64,000 nucleotides of DNA from Cycas panzhihuaensis (taxonomy: Eukaryota; Plantae; Cycadophyta), in assembly GCA_023213395.1 (NCBI GenBank), contig CM041465.1, positions 178,629,741 through 178,693,740 on the forward strand, given 5' to 3'. The notes below the pieces were generated by a model. The model was given only the letters and a program-made list of their open reading frames with translations. It did not search any database and was not told the DNA's origin. Position 1 is the stretch's first letter; each line of letters starts with the position of its first letter. Position numbers and translations under genes: made by a program. Below are positions 14,235-23,455 of the stretch, in pieces.

Positions 14235-14348
14235 TGTTAGAGTGGTACATTAACTGACTAATGTTAAATGTAATGTAAATATTATGGAGATTAAAGTGAT
14301 GTAAAATAATATTATATTAAGGACAATGCAGGCTAATGAAATGCTTAC
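14235..14348 (+). repeat. 3' LTR of copia B (truncated by Tat insertion)
   Basis: TGTTAGAGTGG directly after PPT AAGAGGGGA. Confidence 0.88.
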
Positions 14349-16913
14349 TGCAGGGTGGTATTCCTACATTTAGTAAGAGGACTGGTTATGTAAGATTAGG
14401 TTGGGCTAAATAGCAAGGACTCACCTCGCAGGGCATCTGTGCACCGGAGTGCAGATTCGGGACCTACAGAGCTGCCTAGTTGCTTTTGGGTAGCTACACA
14501 AAGCGAGGCCTTCCTACCCCTCGGATGGCCGGGAAGAGGAGGAGAGAACCTGACACGTTGCGTCTTCTCAAGGAAGTGAGAAGGCAACACGAGAATGGGA
14601 ATGTATATAAAATGTAGTGTCTAGGTGTAGGCTAGCCAAAGGGGCAAGATGTGGGTAGTTCTAACACGAAATGAACTATCTAAATATGCTAGACTAACCA
14701 CTAGATGAAAGATATGCAAAGCAAAAGTATGTTCTTTTCCTCTTTCAGTTTCTTATGTGTTTCTAACTATGCAAGCATGTGCATAAAGTACAACACCATA
14801 AAGGAAACATGCAAGGACAAGGAAAATACCTGGACCTCACGTCTGAATGGAGCGCTATGCATCTCTTCGCTTCCGACTCCTCTCTGCTCCACTTGTTGCG
14901 CATGCGATACCAGTTAGCGATGGATGCAGTGAACGACCAAAGAGGGGCTAGCTTACCTCTCCAATATGTGCAAAAAGTGAACGGTAAATAACGGGAAAAT
15001 AACAAAAAGCAATAAATATGGAACTAACCTGCAATGGGTTTATTCCACATGTGACTCCACCGATGCGAGATCCTACCAATCAAACTGACAAGTATCTCTC
15101 TCTCAGAAGAGAGGTTACGAAATAGATCTAATATGTATATTAAACTTAGAGTAAATAGAGTCAAACTAAGTTAAGCATACACATTATTATCTAATGAAAC
15201 AACATTCAATAAAGTTTCTACAAACAGTTACCACAAATGACACCCAAACAAGAGTATAGCCTCGGAATGGCTAACTCATTCATAGGAAGCCTCCACGTAG
15301 CCTCGGGAAAGGAAAACAAACTCGTAGCAAGAACATGGGGCAGCAAACAATAAGAAGGAAAAAAGGTAACTAAAAAGGGTATGCAGTCACCCAAAGAACG
15401 AGATGCTATAGACAGCAAATCATCCAACTCGGTGGGTAATAAACTGTTAACTGGAAAGGAGCGGTTTCAGGGCTTATGCAATGCCCAAAACCAATGGACA
15501 AAAATCTAAAACCAACGTGGCAATGGGCTACCAATGCTGATTTAGATACGAAAATGAGCCTCCAAATTCCCTAACTCGACTTCTAGAAAGGCACAAAGGT
15601 GCGAAGGGAGAGAAAGTAAGGGACGGAACCCTTGGGGAGAAGGGCAGCAAGGGGGATTGACCCCGCCTTCTTCCCTCTAACTTCCTCTATGCCACCCCTT
15701 CGCAACAGCCTCCTAAAAGCAAGCTGGTAGGAATGGTGAGAGAGCACTATGCTGCAACAAGAAAGGAAAATAGTGCTAAACAGGCATAGCAACCAAAAAA
15801 CACATGCAGTAGGAATTTACTCACAAAAAATGGAAAGAAATGGCATGTATTTCAAAGTAAATATGAAGGTACCTTGTTGTGAGGAGAAGAAGCATGAACT
15901 TGTTGGAAAATGGCAGGAAAAAACCAGCATTCAGTAAGGCCTGATGGCAGGTTTGGAAGAGGAGACAAATGTGTAAAAAATCCTGTGAGTTGGGAGCCTT
16001 TGAAGCTTGTCTTTTGGGAGATCTTGAAGGATATCCTCCTTGAAGCTTTGAAGACCTACAAACAGATGGAGAGCCTACTGTTCCTGAGCAATAGGGATAG
16101 CAATGGTCCCTGGTAATGAATAGCAACTGTGAGTCTTATCTTGTAGTAGTTTTCTGTGGAGGATTTTTGTAGAATTCTCTGTAAAAATGAGCTAAGAATC
16201 CCTGAAAATGAAGAGGAAGTTTAGTTTTATCCCCTGCTTATTGCAGGTGGACATTGGGGATCTCAGGGCACTTCAAATGCGCAGGTGCCACGTGGCAGTT
16301 CTGCGAAAAAAAAGAAACTATCGCATGATTTAAAAAAAAAAAAAATCAAACAGTCGCCACGCAGTAAACTTCGCGGTACCACGGCAAAGATCGCAGTACC
16401 ACTATGTTTACAGTGGTATGAGACTGGAAACAAAAAATAAGCAAAAATAAGTAGAAATAAAGGTTTGGAGTTAATATTAAGAGTAAATTAAAATTTGGAG
16501 CAATTGGGGAATACCCAGGTGATGGGCAAATAGCCAAGAAAGCGAACTAGGTCTTAACCAAGGATTTAATCAGACTTGGCAGAGACTGCAACACGAGTAG
16601 GGTGTCGTAACAGGGGCAAACATGACTAGCTGAAGCATCCTGGGGGGTCATGGAGATGAAGTGGATGGCTGTGCACCATATGGGGTGTAACATTCACTAA
16701 GGAATATCCCCATTGTGAGTTGTCATAGGCTGAAAGCGTGCAGTAAGCACATGTAATATGATCAAGTAAAGAGGCAATGTAGGTAGGCAAGCATGCGTCA
16801 GGTAGTCTGTACTAAATAACCTTAGTCAAGCAAGAGTAGAGAGAAATGAGAATGTATACCTGAGTTTACCTGAGTCGATGCATCTCAAGTCTATTCCCGA
16901 TAGCTGGGAAACA
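14349..16913 (-). repeat. 3' LTR (~2.56 kb) of the Tat-like element
   Basis: Starts TGT at 16913 right after the PPT and ends CCACCCTGCA at 14349, where homology to the copia B LTR stops. No second copy in the window to confirm. Confidence 0.7.
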
Positions 16914-16925
16914 CTGCCCCCTTGG
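16914..16925 (-). promoter_or_regulatory. Polypurine tract of the Tat-like element
   Basis: Minus strand CCAAGGGGGCAG followed by TGT. Confidence 0.7.
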
Positions 16926-16994
16926 CAGCAGAGCCTCACCGCTCGTGTGATGTGATGGCGAATGCTGACAACAAAAAAAAATATCAGTAGCACA

Positions 16995-16997
<3 letters not shown>

Positions 16998-17045
<48 letters not shown>
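16998..17045. repeat. (AT)n microsatellite
   Basis: Seen directly. Confidence 0.98.
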
Positions 17046-17047
<2 letters not shown>

Positions 17048-17307
17048 AAACAAACATGAATAGCATATAGACCAAGGGTGTTGGCGAGTGTCATGGCGAA
17101 ATGCGTGGACAAGGGAGATGGAGACAAGGACAATATAGGGGCTGCCTACACATCGTCTAAGCATCGACCTGTAAGTGAATAGAGTCAATGAAGGGGATGC
17201 CCCCATTACTGAAGTACAACGAGTGACAGGACGGCACCCAACAAACTAAACAAGCACATCAAACTAAAGGCGACCAGAGACTCGAGCATGGGCTGGCCAG
17301 GCAAGCC

Positions 17308-17730
17308 TCAAAGGTGATCGCTAAGAAAAGGGAGGCGACACTCAAGGATGAGGCGGACGAGGCTGTCTGCCTCAGCATTGAGGTCCCGAGGGATGTGTTG
17401 GATATCAACTGAAGAAAAGCAAGCCAAGAGAGACCTGGCAGTTGAAGCGAGGATTCTCAGGTGAAGGCATCGCACCTGGTAAACGTGGGTGAGATGGGAC
17501 ACCACAACCTAAGAATCACAAAGCAACATGATGGGTCCGTGATGGAAACAGAGAGCATCAGTAAGGGCTTCAATAATGGCCATGTACTCAGCTTTGTTAT
17601 TAGTTGCCTCGAGAAGGAAGGTCTCGATATGTAGGAAATCGTATCCGAAGGGGCTGTGAAAGATCCAAGCAGCGGTAGAATGTCCAAGGTTACCGCGACT
17701 TCTGTCGTCGGTAAATATGTAGAGGGACAT
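17308..17730 (-). pseudogene. Stand-alone archaeal-type RNase HI (aRH), ~140 aa, one internal TAG
   Basis: In-frame ORFs 17509-17730 and 17308-17505: IFTDDRSRGNLG...ATNNKAEY...CDS*VVV...IQHIPRDLNAEADSL. Catalytic D-E-D-D residues are recognisable. Confidence 0.88.
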
Positions 17731-18760
17731 GAGCGAATACTAAATCCTCATAGCAAATAAATAATGACAAAATGAAAGGGATACTCAAAATACAGGCAAT
17801 AAGTGGCCATGAAAGGTAGGAGGACCTAGCAATGAGGCTACCCAAGGATGAAAGTAAGCGGGTCGACCACTATTTAAGAGCGGGCAGAGAAAAGGCACCC
17901 TGGAGCACAAAAGGTTACTTTGGGAAACAAAACATGCCCCCGGATGAGGGAGCATTTCCTTTGGGGACTCTAGGAGCATAAAAGGGCTGCAGAAATGAGT
18001 CTAGGGCGGTGAAACAAGCCAAACGAGTATAAACTTGGGCACGCACAGGAATGACACGTAAAACGAGATTGAAGGGCTCTGAAAAAGGTGCAATAATGGG
18101 GCACCATAAATGCCCTTACAAGAGAGGATGAGAAGGGTGTTGAAAGAGTATAATGGGCGACAGGGCCAGAAGGTAAAGGCAATCAGAGAAATGGGACGGT
18201 CCCAATGGCTATCACGGGGCCAAAAACAGAGGAAGTGCCCGTCAGGGCCCCCACCTATATAAGGAAATCGAATGGAAAATGGATTCATTTTCACCAGCTC
18301 TCGTGAGAAACTAGAGCCATTCCCTTATGCAGCAGAGCACTGCCTAACTTCGGAGGCACGCTGGGGACGATATGACCATTGGATCATAGTGCAGTGAAAG
18401 CGAGCGAGATCGTCGAGACGAGATGGCGATGGCTAGGCCAAATCCAGTGAGTGGATCTCACAAAACCCTTCCCATTTTAAAGTTTTCATTTCATTATTTT
18501 TTTGTAGTTTTTTATGAAATTTGTGCACCCCTTATGGGTAATTAGAGGCCTCCCAGAGTCTGAATTGGACCCAGAAAGAGGCGGGACCTGGGCATTAGGG
18601 AGCCCTGGTCCCGGTGGGCCCCATGGGGTCCACCAAAAGGAATTTTTTTTTATTTTTAGGGCAGAAACCCCCCTTTTTAGGTGGGTTGCCATTCGCACCG
18701 CGGTGAAGATCGCGGTGCCGTGATCATTACCGCGGGCCCCACGATTGCCGTGGGACCTAT

Positions 18761-18790
18761 GCTAAACTTAGCGGTACCGCTAAGTTTAGC
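18761..18790. repeat. Perfect 30-bp palindrome
   Basis: GCTAAACTTAGCGGT|ACCGCTAAGTTTAGC is its own reverse complement. Confidence 0.97.
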
Positions 18791-18939
18791 GCAGTACGAA
18801 GGTAGAAAATTAGAAAAAAGAAGATGGGGGGCCATAAGGCCCCAAATCTTAGCCAGAGAGAGCTGAGAGATGGCCAGGAGCATAGATGACTACTAGGAGC
18901 CTGACCTTGATTGATTTTTAGCGCTGGCAGGTAGTTATC

Positions 18940-20879
18940 ATGGTGGATAACTGCGAAAACGTCAACATGGCTATGTTGAACTATATTGAGATGATGTCTT
19001 GGGGGGATAAGGAGATTCTACGGAGGTGTGGCCTATACAATGCCCTAAAGACGCCTCAGTTTACATCTAATCAGAGGCTTTTAGTTGATATAGTGTCACA
19101 CTGGGATCAGAGGAGGCACGTGTTCCACTTGCCTCAGGTAGGCGATGTGATAGTGACACCAGGAGACATCCGGCGGATTTTGGGAGTACCAACGACTGGG
19201 AGGCCAGTGACATTGGGGGCACTGCCTAGCACTGAGGTGGCACACAGAGAGGCATCCACGTTCTTTACAGGGGTTGATAGATGGGAGCAGAGAGGAGTTC
19301 CCCTCCAGACGATGCTGATGTCGAGGATTTCTCAAGTCAAGAAACTGATTACGATGTGCATTCTGTTCCAGATTTCCCGGAAATAGAATTATAGAGAGAT
19401 ACCCAGAGGATGGATAGATACAATGCACTGCTGTGAAGCCATCGAGAGGATGGACTGGGCGACTATGATAGCAGTGAACCTCATCGTACAGCTCGATGCC
19501 ATCTGAGTGGCAGGAAAGAGAGGACTCTCTTATAGCACATTGCTGCAGTGCTGGTTCTTCGATCACTTTATGGCAGTGGCACCAGCGGGGGGACCATACC
19601 CTATAGTAGAGTGGGCTCCAATGGTCCACAGATGGTAGACTCAACTGAGGGGGACAGAGGACCAGGCCTACGTCTGGCATTCAGTGGAGGTGACATCGCT
19701 GGACCTCCTCACCATGACAGACTATGTGGCAGATCCGTATAGGACGGTGAGGTGGGGCAGCGATCATGAGGTAGACAGAGTAGGAGCGCCCATAAATGAC
19801 AATGATGACACCGACTGGGGAGATGGGTCCAGCCCATCACGACCTGCGGGAGAGGCAGGTCCATCGGGGTCAATAGGAGGAGCAGCGAGACCATCCGAGA
19901 CTACTGGAGGAGAGGCAGGCCCATCAGGGGCAGCTAAGGAGAGCAAGGGGCCGGTGACTAGGGCCCGCAGGCTATAGATCGTGAGGAGATCTGGAGAGAT
20001 GAGAGTTGAACCGGTCCCTGTGAGGAGAGAGGCCCAAGAAGAGGAGGTACCCAAGGATGAGGTACCCGCAGCTGGTGGAGAGCCAAGAGGAGAGGATGTC
20101 GCGCGAGCAATGGAGCCGGTAGCCATGGCAGGTGAGGCCTAACCATTCCCTAATCGTTTGACAGCTTGATAGTTATTTGATTTGATTTTATCATGGCATG
20201 TAGTGGGATATTCATTAACACATGGCATGTTGCATTGGCAGGTACTGCGGAGGTCAGGAGACTCATAGAGGCCATGGTGAGGGAGATGTTCCCTCAGGTG
20301 TATGGAGAGGGGAAACCACCCATCCAGGTAGAGGATGCACCTAGATTGGCAGGTGCTTACATGGAGGCATTCACCCCGTTGGCGAGGGGGAGAGACATCT
20401 AGGCTGCAGAGTCCCAAGAGCACATAGCTTTCAGGGGACAGATGCAGCGAGAGATTGATGAGGCAAGGAGCGAGCGAGACATGCTATGTAGATGAGTCCA
20501 GGCTCTAGAGGCTCAGGGAGGAGCTGGTGGAGACACAGGGAGCATGGTCCAGATAACAGTGCTGGAGGAGCACCTCAAAGCGACAGAGGAGAGATTTTGG
20601 AGTATGGAGGTGGGACTCCGGGGAGAGAGGGATTGTATCCAGGCTCGATACGATTAGCTAGTGGACCAGATGGCGTCAAGGTCGAGCAGGAGCAGGACAT
20701 ACACTCATACAGTAGTGACGACCTCGAGACAGCCATGCGATGAGGGGAGTGAGGCAGGTAGCTCGCGGAGGCCCAAGAGGAGCCTCAGAGGGATGTGGTC
20801 CCCAGGAGAGGGATCACACAGGCCGGGAGATGGTACCCCTAGAGCGGGGCAACATTGGAGTAGGAGATATACATATTGA
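18940..20879 (+). pseudogene. Plant Mobile Domain (PMD, aminotransferase-like, MAIN/MAIL-related) gene, two exons (18940-20131, 20242-20879), antisense to the element
   Basis: PMD motifs LLVDIVSHWD..RHVFHLP..GDVIVTPGDIRRILGVP.TG, MDWATMIAVNL, LLQCWFFDHF and DYVADPY. GT-AG intron 20132-20241 restores the frame. Seven in-frame TAG/TGA stops and no frameshifts. Confidence 0.85.
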
Positions 20880-21286
20880 TTCTGACAGGGGAAAGCACAG
20901 GCCTCTAGGGGGTCATATATAGACTCATATAATTGTACCCCCCTGCAAGGACACTGACTTACCACATGTATGATGTAACATATAATTTTTGATGTATATA
21001 TATATGGGGTAGTTAGAACCCCATTTTGATATGAGATGTTGTGTATATCATGTGTGGTAGATAGCATGTATGCTTTGTTTTATATGTTGTAAATGTTTTG
21101 TTGTATGATGCACATATTTCCTTCCATGTATGGCTATATGTCTAGCAGGAGCACACACATCCACCATGAGTAGAGGTATTAGAGAGGTGTGAGGTTAGAA
21201 ATAGAGTGGCATGCACGTCCACGGAGGAGCATAGTGGAATATATGAAGGAAACAGCAGGCAAGAGAGAGGAGTGACAGTACTCCAA

Positions 21287-21823
21287 AGCGTCATTCCAAT
21301 TGGGGGATGCCCAAGTAGGAAGACGAAAGGTTCCCAAGAGGATACGGGAATGCGGGTTCCGTGGGAGGAACTAGAAAGAAAAGGGAGAAGCCATCTCAAA
21401 TTACCATTCCACCTATGGTTAGAAGAAATGGGAATAGTTTAAGATGGTAGTTTAGGCTCATTTCGGAGCATCGTCCTAGCTAGGGAATGCCCAAATAGGA
21501 GGACAAGGTCCCAAAGGAAATGGAAACACAGGTTCCATGAGAGGAACCAAAATGAGATGAAGAAAAAACCTTAAATTACCATTCTACTCATGGTTGGGAG
21601 AGATGGGAACAATTTAAGATGGTAGTTTAGGCTCATTTCAGAGCATCGTCCTAGCTGGGGGATGCCCAAATAGGAGGACAAGATCCCAAAGGAAATGGGA
21701 ACGTGAGTACTGTGGGAGGAACCAGAATGGAACGGCAGGAGCCATCCTAAGTTGCCATTCCACCCATGGCCGGGAGGAATAGGAACAACTTAAGATGGTA
21801 GTTTAGGCTCATTTCGGAGCATC
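21287..21823. repeat. Tandem array, 3 x 175-180 bp
   Basis: Units start at 21287, 21467 and 21642, each ending in the near-invariant TAAGATGGTAGTTTAGGCTCATTTCRGAGCATC. Confidence 0.95.
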
Positions 21824-22210
21824 AAGAGAGAAAGAGGTGTGGCTAGACCCCATAGGAGTAGGGATAGTCACACGCAGAATAGGAGATAGGTGACGAAGGG
21901 TAGGCCTAGTATGGCTAAACCTACCAGTAAATTCACTATGGTCAGAACTAGAGGAGTGCAACGGACCTGGCATACGATGGATTGTATGGCAAGGTTGCAT
22001 CTAAGTGAGGGTGGATCTAGTCCTAGGTAGGGATCTAGAGCGTGAAGACGAAGTGCCTCTACGAGTGGCTCGTCAGCACGGGTGCCTACGTGAAACCACT
22101 TGGGGAGGCTAATAAGGTGAAACAAGTGGTTAGTTTAGGACCAACAGCTCGGGAGCTAATGTGGCATGAGGAGGAGTAGGAATATCCGATTGAGATATCC
22201 CCCTAGGTGC

Positions 22211-23455
22211 TTATGAAACTAGGGTGACGCATCGAGGAGAGGGCTCATAACCCTCGCTATCTGACTCGGAATCACCCGTGATGGCTAAGTAACTGTAACC
22301 ACCTACACCAATAGGGGCAAACCTAACTTGGTTTGGCTCATGACATGGCATAGGGTTCAACTGATGAAGGTCGGTCTCCCGAAACAAAGGTCCCATAGAA
22401 GGGATAGCCTCCTCAAGATCGCTATCTTCATCATCAAAAATAGCCTGGCAGGCTGGATGAGAGGTGTGAGACAGCATAGGCTCATGGGTGACAACTTTGA
22501 CTTGTCCTTCATGGACAAATTTAAGTTGCCCCCAACACGTAGAGCAGATTGCTCCCATTTGGTCAAGCCATGGTCGGCCCAATAAAAGGTTGTACTCCAC
22601 ATCGATATTAAGTACAACAACTTCGACAGAAATAGTTCTCCCTCCTAAGGTAAGGGAAAAAGAGACTATCCCTAAAGGGGACTTCTCAGTCCCATCATAC
22701 CCTTAGCATTTCCAAGGGACAGACTTAAGGGCTACTATGCCTAGCTCCTTGAGCATACGTGCAAGCATAGCGTTAATAGAAGAGTCATTATCTACAATGG
22801 TCCTCTTTATGATAAAATCAGGAGTGTCAATGGCAATGATGAATGGGTAATGCAAAAGCTTCTCCTACTTACTAGGAGATGGGAGATCTTTGGGATCAAA
22901 TGAGATGACAAGCGGTCCATGGGAGGTAGCACCTGCCGCATAGATAGAAGCATCTTGTTAGCCAAGACCTTTAAGAAGAAGAACACGTTGCTCAGGGTAG
23001 CTTCTCAAGACGTCCATCAAGGACATCCCCGCAGTGATGGTGTGGAGCTCGTCAACGATAGAGAAGGGCTTACCCTTCCCTATGGGTTTGGTAAGCACCC
23101 TTCAAAAATTGTAACGGCCAGGGCGTACGGAAATAGTCTTGGGAAGCACATGGGATTCCGGAAGAGAAGTTTCTGGAAGAGGATCAAGGTGAGATGTGGA
23201 TGAAGAGACACCGACTGCCTCTTTAGCGACTTGAGACTGGGTTAAGGCATATAACGGAGTGGTCTCAAGCAATTGGACAACCTTCTTTCCCTTGTTACGG
23301 GACTGCGAAGGCGAAGGAGAACGGCAGTCAGGGGAGTGCGAAGAGGATGATGAACCTCACGTACCCTTCCCTCTACCATGCAAAGGACGAGAATCAGGGG
23401 ATCTATCCCGATTCTGATTGTTTCTTTGTTGAACATTATGATCACGCTCCCCATG
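22211..23455 (-). pseudogene. gag C-terminus and aspartic protease of the Tat-like element
   Basis: FSIVDELHTITAGMSLMDVL, IVDNDSSINAM, VVVLNIDVEYNLLLGRPWLDQMGAICST..QLKF. Confidence 0.85.

Larger units (their letters stand above)
8520..14348 (+). mobile_element. Ty1/copia element B, near full length, inserted in the integrase of CRM-like element 2
   Basis: 5' LTR 8520-8816; perfect PBS 8817-8828; gag-PR-INT-RT-RH 10193-14148; PPT 14225-14234; 3' LTR from 14235 matching the 5' LTR until interrupted at ~14348. Confidence 0.92.
14349..23455 (-). mobile_element. Tat-lineage (TatII-like) Ty3/gypsy element lacking RT-RH-INT; 5' end deleted
   Basis: GC-richer block. Gag C-terminus and protease (YNLLLGRPW) at 22211-23455; archaeal-type RNase H near the 3' end; PPT AAGGGGGCAG; LTR TGTTTCCC...CACCCTGCA. 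Confidence 0.8.

Noticed and set aside
16826-17206. 126-aa ORF, and likewise 41276-41521
   Set aside because: Kept open by (AT)n microsatellites (YIYIYI).
19096-21067. Minus-strand ORFs (194, 120, 94 and 120 aa)
   Set aside because: Shadow frames of the GC-rich PMD gene; no recognisable motifs.
21287-21823. CRISPR-like array (33-nt constant repeat plus spacers)
   Set aside because: The intervening segments are homologous to each other and ~143 nt long; eukaryotic TE context and no cas genes.
21440-21823. Hammerhead ribozyme (GATG...CGAAA on the minus strand)
   Set aside because: No CUGAUGA core or correct three-stem geometry found on either strand.
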